DNA from: Guillardia theta CCMP2712
Taxonomy: Eukaryota > Protista > Cryptophyta
Assembly (NCBI RefSeq): GCF_000315625.1
Contig: NW_005434524.1
Location: forward strand, 47,408-98,747
DNA length: 51,340 nt
Direction of reading: 5' to 3'
The translations under genes and the position numbers were made by a program. Of this stretch, positions 1 to 9,389 are shown in pieces. The notes under the pieces were generated by a model. It saw nothing but the letters and a program-made list of their open reading frames with translations, had not been told where the DNA came from and made no database searches. How positions within the stretch are numbered: the stretch's first letter is position 1; every line of letters begins with the position of its first letter.

Positions 1-3000
1 AAACAAAGTTGCGACGTGCTCTTGACTCTACAGACACGGCAGGAGGAGGCGTTGTCGTAAGCGTAGCCAACGTTGCACTGACACCAGCTGACGTTGACAC
101 TCCCGGCCTCCGAGGTCGCGTGTGGGAAGCAAGTACTGCACAAGGTCTGGCCGCTCGTATTGCTGTAGGTGCCCGCTGGACATACCAGACAGTCGAAGGA
201 GCTCGACGCCCCAGCTGTAGTGTTGGATATGAAGTATCCAGCTGGGCACACACACGTCTCTACTCCGGTGGCAAGACCTGAGCTCAACGTGTTGGCAGGG
301 CAAGTCACGCACGATCCGTTGGAGATGTACTGGCCCTTGTCGCACTTGAGGCACTTGTTGCTACTGCTGGTGTATCCTGGCTTGCATACGCACTGACTCA
401 GCTGCGTGCTGCCTACCGACGGAGTGACAGAGTTGTTGGGGCAGTTAGTGCAAGCGCCTGGGCCGAGCGCTTGTTTGTACTTGCCCGCCGGACATGCCAC
501 ACACGACCCTGCGTCCTCCTGCGAGTATCCCGGCTTGCAGACGCAAGCGGATACGTTTGCGCTGGTCGTCGACGCTGTCGTGCTGTTCTCGGAGTACTTG
601 CTGCACCCCACGTTGCCGACCGTGCTCTTGTACGTCCCTACAGCACACGGCAGGCAGGAGGCGTTGTCGTAAGCGTAGCCAACGTTGCACTGACACCAGC
701 TGACGTTGACACTCCCGGCCTCCGAGGTCGCGTGTGGGAAGCAAGTACTGCACAAGGTCTGGCCGCTCGTATTGCTGTAGGTGCCCGCTGGACATACCAG
801 ACAGTCGAAGGAGCTCGACGCCCCAGCTGTAGTGTTGGATATGAAGTATCCAGCTGGGCACACACACGTCTCTACTCCGGTGGCAAGACCTGAGCTCAAC
901 GTGTTGGCAGGGCAAGTCACGCACGATCCGTTGGAGATGTACTGGCCCTTGTCGCACTTGAGGCACTTGTTGCTACTGCTGGTGTATCCTGGCTTGCATA
1001 CGCACTGACTCAGCTGCGTGCTGCCTACCGACGGAGTGACAGAGTTGTTGGGGCAGTTAGTGCAAGCGCCTGGGCCGAGCGCTTGTTTGTACTTGCCCGC
1101 CGGACATGCCACACACGACCCTGCGTCCTCCTGCGAGTATCCCGGCTTGCAGACGCAAGCGGATACGTTTGCGCTGGTCGTCGACGCTGTCGTGCTGTTC
1201 TCGGAGCACTTGCTGCACCCCACGTTGCCGACCGTGCTCTTGTACGTCCCTACAGCACACGGCAGGCAGGAGGCGTTGTCGTAAGCGTAGCCAACGTTGC
1301 ACTGACACCAGCTGACGTTGACACTCCCGGCCTCCGAGGTCGCGTGTGGGAAGCAAGTACTGCACAAGGTCTGGCCGCTCGTATTGCTGTAGGTGCCCGC
1401 TGGACATACCAGACAGTCGAAGGAGCTCGACGCCCCAGCTGTAGTGTTGGATATGAAGTATCCAGCTGGGCACACACACGTCTCTACTCCGGTGGCAAGA
1501 CCTGAGCTCAACGTGTTGGCAGGGCAAGTCACGCACGATCCGTTGGAGATGTACTGGCCCTTGTCGCACTTGAGGCACTTGTTGCTACTGCTGGTGTATC
1601 CTGGCTTGCATACGCACTGACTCAGCTGCGTGCTGCCTACCGACGGAGTGACAGAGTTGTTGGGGCAGTTAGTGCAAGCGCCTGGGCCGAGCGCTTGTTT
1701 GTACTTGCCCGCCGGACATGCCACACACGACCCTGCGTCCTCCTGCGAGTATCCCGGCTTGCAGACGCAAGCGGATACGTTTGCGCTGGTCGTCGACGCT
1801 GTCGTGCTGTTCTCGGAGCACTTGCTGCACCCCACGTTGCCGACCGTGCTCTTGTACGTCCCTACAGCACACGGCAGGCAGGAGGCGTTGTCGTAAGCGT
1901 AGCCAACGTTGCACTGACACCAGCTGACGTCGACACTCCCGGCCTCCGAGGTCGCGTGTGGGAAGCAAGTACTGCACAAGGTCTGGCCGCTCGTATTGCT
2001 GTAGGTGCCCGCTGGACATACCAGACAGTCGAAGGAGCTCGACGCCCCAGCTGTAGTGTTGGATATGAAGTATCCAGCTGGGCACACACACGTCTCTACT
2101 CCGGTGGCAAGACCTGAGCTCCACGTGTTGGCAGGGCAAGTCACGCACGATCCGTTGGAGATGTACTGGCCCTTGTCGCACTTGAGGCACTTGTTGCTAC
2201 TGCTGGTGTATCCTGGCTTGCATACGCACTGACTCAGCTGCGTGCTGCCTACCGACGGAGTGACAGAGTTGTTGGGGCAGTTAGTGCAAGCGCCTGGGCC
2301 GAGCGCTTGTTTGTACTTGCCCGCCGGACATGCCACACACGACCCTGCGTCCTCCTGCGAGTATCCCGGCTTGCAGACGCAAGCGGATACGTTTGCGCTG
2401 GTCGTCGACGCTGTCGTGCTGTTCTCGGAGCACTTGCTGCACCCCACGTTGCCGACCGTGCTCTTGTACGTCCCTACAGCACACGGCAGGCAGGAGGCGT
2501 TGTCGTAAGCGTAGCCAACGTTGCACTGACACCAGCTGACGTCGACACTCCCGGCCTCCGAGGTCGCGTGTGGGAAGCAAGTACTGCACAAGGTCTGGCC
2601 GCTCGTATTGCTGTAGGTGCCCGCTGGACATACCAGACAGTCGAAGGAGCTCGACGCCCCAGCTGTAGTGTTGGATATGAAGTATCCAGCTGGGCACACA
2701 CACGTCTCTACTCCGGTGGCAAGACCTGAGCTCAACGTGTTGGCAGGGCAAGTCACGCACGATCCGTTGGAGATGTACTGGCCCTTGTCGCACTTGAGGC
2801 ACTTGTTGCTACTGCTGGTGTATCCTGGCTTGCAGATACAGTCCACGTTGCTAGTCCTCCCCTCGTACTTTGTGGTGGCTCCGGTGGGGCAGGAGGTGCA
2901 CCCACCTAAAAACATGACTTCGCCAATACCCATCGAATCAGTCGTATCATACAACCATCCATATTGCCCATCTACATTGCATTCAACAGTCTTTGTTTCA

Positions 3001-6000
3001 GTTTTTGATAGAAATTTTTGATATGTTCCACAGCGATTGTTAGACCTTGCATCATCTGCAGAATTGCCTATCCACACATCCGCATTTCCTTGCGAAGGAT
3101 ATGCATCTTGTCTTGGCCACCATTTCACCTTTCGAATATTTCGAGATGTTCCAAAATCAATCCTTAACCATTGAATAGCAACAAGACTAAGAAATAAATT
3201 GTATTGTGATAGCCATTTACCATCCAATCCACGATCAATTGCACGCTCTGGACCAGTAGTTGCTTGATGCGCAGGAGACCCGGTAGCACTACACACACCG
3301 GTTATGCAATTCTGATCTTCTGCTGACATATGTCCTGAATCTGAATATGTTCCAATAGGACACCAAGGTGTTGAAAACTCATATTTTTCACATTGTGATA
3401 CGCTGGTAGCACTAGTCACCGCAGTCTGAAACCCATCCTGACACCTTCGACAATCCTTGAGCAGGTAAAACACGGCCTTGTTCGAGGCACCCACTGCATC
3501 TCCACTAGTCGCTACCAGACTGGTCCGGTAGCGGAGGATGACAACGCCGGGTTGGCCGTCGGTAGGACTGCGAGTGTACGCGGAAGAGCTGCATCCATCA
3601 GCGACCCGTCCTCTTCCTCCTCCCCCGTACTGCAAGTGACCTGCTCCACCCGTCCCCGGTGGACACCTTCCACTAGGACTGCCACCTGAGCCTCCGCCTG
3701 CATAGGTGACGGGAGTTCCTGTGATTGCAACAGATAGACCAGATCCACCATCACCGCCTTGACACAAACTTGCCGCCGTTCCCACCCCATTCGCTCCGCC
3801 GCCTCCTCCTCCCGCTGCACTGCAGTTACCGCCCACACCTGCCCCTCCCTCGTTGCCTTGATCAGACGTTCCGGCTCCTGCCCCTCTTGTCCTAGCCGCT
3901 TCTGAGCTCCCACCTCCACCCCCACTTCCGCCATCTTGACCTGGTCCTCCTCCGTCTCGGCTCGCACCCCCACCCCCTCCAACAGCGACCAGCCCAAGGA
4001 AGATAGTGTTGAATCCGTTCTGAGCAGAAGCGTTGTTCGCTGCACTGTGCGCACCTCCGTTACCGACTGCAATCACGTAAGTTCCTTTGGGTATGACCTG
4101 CGAGGTTCGGTAAATCAAACCACCTGCTCCTCCTCCTCCGCCATCGAAACCCCCGCCGCCTCCCCCTCCGATCAGGAGGTAATCCACCACTGTGTTCTCA
4201 GAGAAGGTGACCGTGTATGGCTGCTGGTCTACCGACCCATTATTCGTGAATGACAGGTACGAGTGACTGCTGTCAATCACCGTGGGTACGACAGCTGGGC
4301 TTGTAGTGATGGTGGAGCAGAGGTGCATGGAGCCGTAGCTGTAGGTAGAAGCACAGTAGCTTGGGTCAAAGGTCGCCGGTTTATCGGCGAGGTAATCAGA
4401 TTCCTTGGTGTAGAACTTGAAATGGAGGTTTTGTATGTTGCGATCTGAGATCCAATCGTAGAGTAGAGCCTGAGACAGACTCCAATCGGGATCGATCGGG
4501 AGCACCCGCTTGTAGAAGGTGAGCCAGTAGGAGGCGTCGCAGTCGTAACAGACCCTCACAATCGTCGCGTACTTCTCGCTCGACACCAGGGCCCTCACGG
4601 CAGCATCGAAGCTTGCAAGGGGCACAGACGCCGCTGAGTTGAGATCGGCGACACTGGGGAAGTCCACGCTGGCAATCACTTCTGGATAAAAAGCGTAGGA
4701 GGGGTTGGAGTTGTAGCTGTGAGTCAAACACCCAGTGGGATAGAAGAGAGGGTAGTAGTGCTGATGTATGTCATGTTCCGATAGCTCGTGTGTGTAAAAC
4801 CGAAAGTCATCGAGATATCCGTTGGTGAGATATGAAGTATATGGTAATCCAGCCGCACCTATTGCAAAAGTATCTCCTGACGCTTGGCCGTAATGCATTG
4901 TAGTCGAACTCACGGTATGCGCGGCATTCACGTATATTTTTTTGATCATCGTTCCGCTGTTTGTGCTTACACTCACATAAAGATGATTCCACACATTGTT
5001 TGCAAAGTCTGCCCACTGGCTTGCATGAACTAGGCTGTTATGCCACGTTTCAAAAGTAATTGTCTTTGAGTCTGCATTAATATACAGCGTCCATCCTTGC
5101 AAAGTACTTCCACCATTCTTTGACTGGCAGCTTGCAATAGACTGGTTAATATTCGCTTGTGTCACCCTTACCCAAACAGATATGCTGAATGTTGCTGGTG
5201 AGAAAGTACCGTCATTGGACAGCTCAAGATAGTTGTTCCCAGTAAAGAACAATGCGCCATTCCCCCTCCTCCCGCTTGTCAGTGTTGGTGGAGGCGACGA
5301 TATGGTCGCATGCTTCCCATTCCCCGAACTATCCTTCCCCAGATTGCTTCCATCTTCAAACTGATAGCTAACCAACGGCTTATAAGGCACACAATCTGCC
5401 ACGCTCTTGGCCCCAGCAGAGCTCGTGGTGGTCATGTGGGGACATTCGACACAAGTGCCTGTCTCCGCGTAGTACCCCTTGTTGCATGTGTTGCGGGTAG
5501 TCGCTGCCGTGGATTCAAGCTTAGAGCAGGGCTTCGATGTGGGGCAGGTCGTGCATGGATGGATAGCAGCTCCATTCCTGTAGGTACCAGCAGGACACGT
5601 GTAATCGCTTGCCAGCACACCGTAAACCGCGTTTCTCCGATAACCGGCACAAGTTCCACCCGGGTTCACGGTCCCGATTGACACGTTCCTCGGAAACCTC
5701 TCCGAGTCTGCGTACACCTCGAACTCGTCGAAGCTGTTGCCTATGGCTGCGCTGAACTTGATCCGAACTGCCTTGGCCAGGACCGCGCCCCCGAGGTCGA
5801 ACACCTGGCGATGAGGGTTGGACCTGGCTGGGATGGTTGTCACTGTTTGCCAACCGGCAGTGCTGGCGTCGATGAACAAGGTCGTGCTGTCGTATGGAAG
5901 TATCTCTACTGTGAATGCTCCCCCAAACCTGTCCTTGGACTGTGAAAATGCGATGTACCGGATGACTACAGAGGTTGAAAACAAAACAGAAATCCAGGGG

Positions 6001-7436
6001 GCAGTGTCAAAAGATCCAGGAATCCAACCCTTGTCATTTCCAAATACTCCATCGTTGAATCCAGCGATTGTATGATTACCACCAACTTGCGACGAGCCAT
6101 AAGCAGTGGCTCTTGATCCGATACTGATAGCTGGCGTGTTTGGCACACAATGGTTTGCAAGGTTGTCATCAAACATTGCCATCTGCCTGTAGACTTGTAC
6201 AGCCTTGTAAGGATCACTGTGACAAGTGGCAAGATTCAAATCATTAAGAACCAAGACCACCATCACGATCCAATAGGATCGAGCCTTGCATCGTACACGA
6301 GACACCAAAATCGCCCAGACCATCCCAAGACTGACCCAACTTGTCTCCCTGATATACCTGTGCCAACCGGAAACCATGAAAGAAAATAGCGAGAATACTT
6401 CCGGCGGAGGCAAGCAACACGAAAAACAACACCAGAATCGACGGAGAAGCGTCCCCAAACAAGTCAACCCCATCGACAAGCAACAAGAGAAACGGGAGTC
6501 CTCCTGCGAGTATCCCGGCTTGCAGACGCAAGCGGATACGTTTGCGCTGGTCGTCGACGCTGTCGTGCTGTTCTCGGAGCACTTGCTGCACCCCACGTTG
6601 CCGACCGTGCTCTTGTACGTCCCTACAGCACACGGCAGGCAGGAGGCGTTGTCGTAAGCGTAGCCCACGTTGCATTGTCGCAGGGCAGTATTTGGGGTGT
6701 AGATTGATTTGTGAGTTGCCTGAGGACATCTGAGGGAGCGCACTCCATCCTCACCGAAATAGCTTTTCTTCCACATGCAAATCAGATCGTTGTTGTCCTT
6801 GGTGATTTGTATTGCATTCAGGCAGCAAACAGGACAAGAATCAGATCCGAGGGTGACTTCTCGATTTTCCTGATTGAATGTAGTGAAGAATGCACTGCTC
6901 GTGTCATTACTGGTTATTCCATGCATCTCACTGACACTACAGTTTTGATATCCGACATCCGACTTGTACTCGCATAGACCGCTGTCCTGCCTAGTGCAAT
7001 CTGGACCGTATTGAAACAACACAATGAAGTTTGTTGGATTTGAAGCATTTGAAGGGCTTGTAGAATTTGAGGATTTAAGCAACCAGGTGATTGCCTCACC
7101 TCCTCTGTCATCACTGGACCGAATGTTTATGTGTGCTCGTAGGGTTATTGCTCTACTGCTCTCATGCACCAGATGCCCTCCACCGTTGTCGACTACCATA
7201 CTCTTTGTTGATTCCGAAGGAATCCATCTCAAACTTTCACCATCTTTGTTCCATCTCGTCCATGATAATCTGGATGATCCGATGTTTGAACCACTTGGAC
7301 AAGGCTGACAATGGCTCATTGTGTTGAAGGAATTGTTTTCTGCGTTTCCATTCTGACAGCCATTGCACAAAGCTCTGTGAAAGCTGAGGTGTAGAAATAA
7401 GATGAGCGATACCCAATGCAGAGGAAGCCTTTCCAT
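1..7436 (-). CDS. Giant intronless secreted/surface mosaic protein (signal peptide; F5/8 type C discoidin; LamG/ConA-like; glycine-rich domain; F-type-lectin-like; tandem Cys-rich GCC2_GCC3/Ephrin-receptor-like repeats); 3' end runs off the window
   Basis: Manual translation from ATG at 7436 (in-frame TGA shortly upstream): MERLPLHWVSLILFLHLSFHRALC. No stop seen to position 1, which explains its absence from the ORF track. Motifs: GFNDGVFGNDKGWIPG...PWISVLF...AKAVRIKF...FDEFEVY (~5710-6120); YQFEDGSNLGKDSSGNGKHA...FSISVWVR...NGYLDDFRFYTHELS (~4770-5370); VDYLLIGGGGGGGFDGGGGGAGGLIY...DGQPGVVILRY (~3525-4200); PERAIDRG...QWLRIDFG...WPRQD...VWIGN...NRCG (~2900-3270); CPAGKYK/CPAGTYS/CVCKPGY repeats. 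Confidence 0.85.
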   Translation of the reverse strand, partial: MERLPLHWVSLILFLHLSFHRALCNGCQNGNAENNSFNTMSHCQPCPSGSNIGSSRLSWTRWNKDGESLRWIPSESTKSMVVDNGGGHLVHESSRAITLRAHINIRSSDDRGGEAITWLLKSSNSTSPSNASNPTNFIVLFQYGPDCTRQDSGLCEYKSDVGYQNCSVSEMHGITSNDTSSAFFTTFNQENREVTLGSDSCPVCCLNAIQITKDNNDLICMWKKSYFGEDGVRSLRCPQATHKSIYTPNTALRQCNVGYAYDNASCLPCAVGTYKSTVGNVGCSKCSENSTTASTTSANVSACVCKPGYSQEDSRFSCCLSMGLTCLGTLLRRFWCCFSCCLPPPEVFSLFSFMVSGWHRYIRETSWVSLGMVWAILVSRVRCKARSYWIVMVVLVLNDLNLATCHSDPYKAVQVYRQMAMFDDNLANHCVPNTPAISIGSRATAYGSSQVGGNHTIAGFNDGVFGNDKGWIPGSFDTAPWISVLFSTSVVIRYIAFSQSKDRFGGAFTVEILPYDSTTLFIDASTAGWQTVTTIPARSNPHRQVFDLGGAVLAKAVRIKFSAAIGNSFDEFEVYADSERFPRNVSIGTVNPGGTCAGYRRNAVYGVLASDYTCPAGTYRNGAAIHPCTTCPTSKPCSKLESTAATTRNTCNKGYYAETGTCVECPHMTTTSSAGAKSVADCVPYKPLVSYQFEDGSNLGKDSSGNGKHATISSPPPTLTSGRRGNGALFFTGNNYLELSNDGTFSPATFSISVWVRVTQANINQSIASCQSKNGGSTLQGWTLYINADSKTITFETWHNSLVHASQWADFANNVWNHLYVSVSTNSGTMIKKIYVNAAHTVSSTTMHYGQASGDTFAIGAAGLPYTSYLTNGYLDDFRFYTHELSEHDIHQHYYPLFYPTGCLTHSYNSNPSYAFYPEVIASVDFPSVADLNSAASVPLASFDAAVRALVSSEKYATIVRVCYDCDASYWLTFYKRVLPIDPDWSLSQALLYDWISDRNIQNLHFKFYTKESDYLADKPATFDPSYCASTYSYGSMHLCSTITTSPAVVPTVIDSSHSYLSFTNNGSVDQQPYTVTFSENTVVDYLLIGGGGGGGFDGGGGGAGGLIYRTSQVIPKGTYVIAVGNGGAHSAANNASAQNGFNTIFLGLVAVGGGGGASRDGGGPGQDGGSGGGGGSSEAARTRGAGAGTSDQGNEGGAGVGGNCSAAGGGGGGANGVGTAASLCQGGDGGSGLSVAITGTPVTYAGGGSGGSPSGRCPPGTGGAGHLQYGGGGRGRVADGCSSSAYTRSPTDGQPGVVILRYRTSLVATSGDAVGASNKAVFYLLKDCRRCQDGFQTAVTSATSVSQCEKYEFSTPWCPIGTYSDSGHMSAEDQNCITGVCSATGSPAHQATTGPERAIDRGLDGKWLSQYNLFLSLVAIQWLRIDFGTSRNIRKVKWWPRQDAYPSQGNADVWIGNSADDARSNNRCGTYQKFLSKTETKTVECNVDGQYGWLYDTTDSMGIGEVMFLGGCTSCPTGATTKYEGRTSNVDCICKPGYTSSSNKCLKCDKGQYISNGSCVTCPANTLSSGLATGVETCVCPAGYFISNTTAGASSSFDCLVCPAGTYSNTSGQTLCSTCFPHATSEAGSVDVSWCQCNVGYAYDNASCLPCAVGTYKSTVGNVGCSKCSENSTTASTTSANVSACVCKPGYSQEDAGSCVACPAGKYKQALGPGACTNCPNNSVTPSVGSTQLSQCVCKPGYTSSSNKCLKCDKGQYISNGSCVTCPANTWSSGLATGVETCVCPAGYFISNTTAGASSSFDCLVCPAGTYSNTSGQTLCSTCFPHATSEAGSVDVSWCQCNVGYAYDNASCLPCAVGTYKSTVGNVGCSKCSENSTTASTTSANVSACVCKPGYSQEDAGSCVACPAGKYKQALGPGACTNCPNNSVTPSVGSTQLSQCVCKPGYTSSSNKCLKCDKGQYISNGSCVTCPANTLSSGLATGVETCVCPAGYFISNTTAGASSSFDCLVCPAGTYSNTSGQTLCSTCFPHATSEAGSVNVSWCQCNVGYAYDNASCLPCAVGTYKSTVGNVGCSKCSENSTTASTTSANVSACVCKPGYSQEDAGSCVACPAGKYKQALGPGACTNCPNNSVTPSVGSTQLSQCVCKPGYTSSSNKCLKCDKGQYISNGSCVTCPANTLSSGLATGVETCVCPAGYFISNTTAGASSSFDCLVCPAGTYSNTSGQTLCSTCFPHATSEAGSVNVSWCQCNVGYAYDNASCLPCAVGTYKSTVGNVGCSKYSENSTTASTTSANVSACVCKPGYSQEDAGSCVACPAGKYKQALGPGACTNCPNNSVTPSVGSTQLSQCVCKPGYTSSSNKCLKCDKGQYISNGSCVTCPANTLSSGLATGVETCVCPAGYFISNTTAGASSSFDCLVCPAGTYSNTSGQTLCSTCFPHATSEAGSVNVSWCQCNVGYAYDNASSCRVCRVKSTSQLC
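35..2834. repeat. 612-bp coding tandem repeat, ~4.6 copies (204 aa per unit)
   Basis: ORF-track entries recur at exact 612-bp offsets (169/781/1393/2005/2617). Units differ at only a few bases (595, 1931, 2122, 2543 noticed). Confidence 0.97.
6498..6674. repeat. Isolated partial copy (~177 bp) of the 612-bp repeat unit
   Basis: gtcctcctgcgagtatcccggc...gtcgtaagcgtagcccacgttgca matches ~513-689 with essentially one synonymous change relative to the consensus unit, in the same reading frame. Confidence 0.95.
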
Positions 7437-8540
7437 CGAGCCCTGGTTTGGTTCGAGAACACCTCAGAACAGTTACAGTGGTCTACCAGGCTACAGAGAG
7501 ATCAGGCTCATCCCGCTTGGAGCCCATTCGATGCAATGGCGTTAGAGAGGATCCAGAAGCACTTGAAAAAGTACTTTTTCTGGCTCGCTGATTGAACAGT
7601 ACCTGTATTCATGGTCATTCCCTTGAATTCTCTTCTTCGTCCTCAAGCAAGCAAACTCTCAATCACATCTCATCTCAGGTTTTCTCGATTCTTACCTCTG
7701 CTTGCTCCCTCACTGCCTCTGCTCATCAGAAACCGATGAGCCTGTCCATGAAAACGAAAGCCTCAAAATGCACCGTCGGGGATTTTATCCTTGACCCCAC
7801 CCCCCCCTGACCTCTAGACCAGGTCACGGAGCAGCCTGACCTTTCCTCGTTTTACACACCCACCCCCATTTACCCCCACCCACCCCACCCCACCCCCACC
7901 CATGAACTTTAGGAACAATCTGCATCCAATCCACATCAAACCACTCATCCCACCCCCACCCACCCAATCGCACGCAGTCAAGGATCCGAGGCTCGGCTGC
8001 TGTCCGTAGCCTCGGAGGCTCCTTGCTCGACCTAGAGGGTTTCCCCTCAGTCTCTCAGTGGGTGGTGACTCGAACAAGGAGCAAGCGCGCCTGTGCTAAC
8101 TCAACCTGTCGCATTCGTTTCCCTTGACGTCACTGCTCTTTTGACTCGGGCTGCATAACTCAGACTCTCCGATGAGCGTCATTGCGTTCACTCCCATACT
8201 ACAGTAGGCGACTTGTACTTTGGCGTTGGAGGAAGAGTTAAAGAAGAGTACCGCCGTATATGCCGGGGAATACCGTGAATTGAACAAGTCACCCGGGAAC
8301 CTGCCGGCGGCGATCAGTTAAGAAAGTACGCCGGGGCCTGCCGAGAATTAAGGAACCTGTATGCCGGTGGGGACTAAAGTCGGAACCGCCGGGCCGCCGC
8401 GGCCCGCCGGCCGGAATGACCTTCAAGGGAATCATGCAGTTTGCTCAGAGCGTCTGAGGCGGGCACGGAAGGTTGGAACCAGGTGATGGAAACAGAAACA
8501 TCATGAACGGGTGCATTGCGTGTACTCGATGGTATGGAGA

Positions 8541-9295
8541 GGTAGTAGAAGACAGCATACTGAGATAGTAGAAGACAGCATACTGAGATAGTAGAAGACA
8601 GCATACTGAGATAGTAGAAGACAGCATACTGAGATAGTAGAAGACAGCATACTGAGATAGTAGAAGACAGCATACTGAGGTAGTAGAAGACAGCATACTG
8701 AGGTAGTAGAAGACAGCATACTGAGATAGTAGAAGACAGCATACTGAGATAGTAGAAGACAGCATACTGAGATAGTAGAAGACAGCATACTGAGATAGTA
8801 GAAGACAGCATACTGAGATAGTAGAAGACAGCATACTGAGATAGTAGAAGACAGCATACTGAGATAGTAGAAGACAGCATACTGAGATAGTAGAAGACAG
8901 CATACTGAGATAGTAGAAGACAGCATACTGAGATAGTAGAAGACAGCATACTGAGATAGTAGAAGACAGCATACTGAGATAGTAGAAGACAGCATACTGA
9001 GATAGTAGAAGACAGCATACTGAGATAGTAGAAGACAGCATACTGAGATAGTAGAAGACAGCATACTGAGATAGTAGAAGACAGCATACTGAGATAGTAG
9101 AAGACAGCATACTGAGATAGTAGAAGACAGCATACTGAGATAGTAGAAGACAGCATACTGAGATAGTAGAAGACAGCATACTGAGATAGTAGAAGACAGC
9201 ATACTGAGATAGTAGAAGACAGCATACTGAGATAGTAGAAGACAGCATACTGAGATAGTAGAAGACAGCATACTGAGATAGTAGAAGACAGCATA
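8541..9295. repeat. 23-bp minisatellite (GATAGTAGAAGACAGCATACTGA), ~33 copies
   Basis: Direct head-to-tail repeats with no spacers; A>G variant in the first unit and in two adjacent units near 8680-8703. Confidence 0.97.
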
Positions 9296-9389
9296 CCTGT
9301 CGCATCGGTAACGTTTTCGAGGCATGGAGAATGGAAGTTGGGGATTTCATTTCGTCAATTCGCTCCATTCCTTCAAACTTTCCAGACGA

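Noticed and set aside
1-45. Divergent end of the 612-bp repeat array
   Set aside because: It is the repeat unit with scattered single-base deletions, typical of low-quality contig-end sequence rather than a real new domain.
9-2802. Many short repeated ORFs in the ORF track
   Set aside because: Shadow frames and antisense of the single long minus-strand Cys-rich ORF.
8374-9368. Three ~300-aa hydrophobic ORFs, or a CRISPR array
   Set aside because: Translations of a 23-bp minisatellite; no unique spacers, no cas genes, eukaryotic context.
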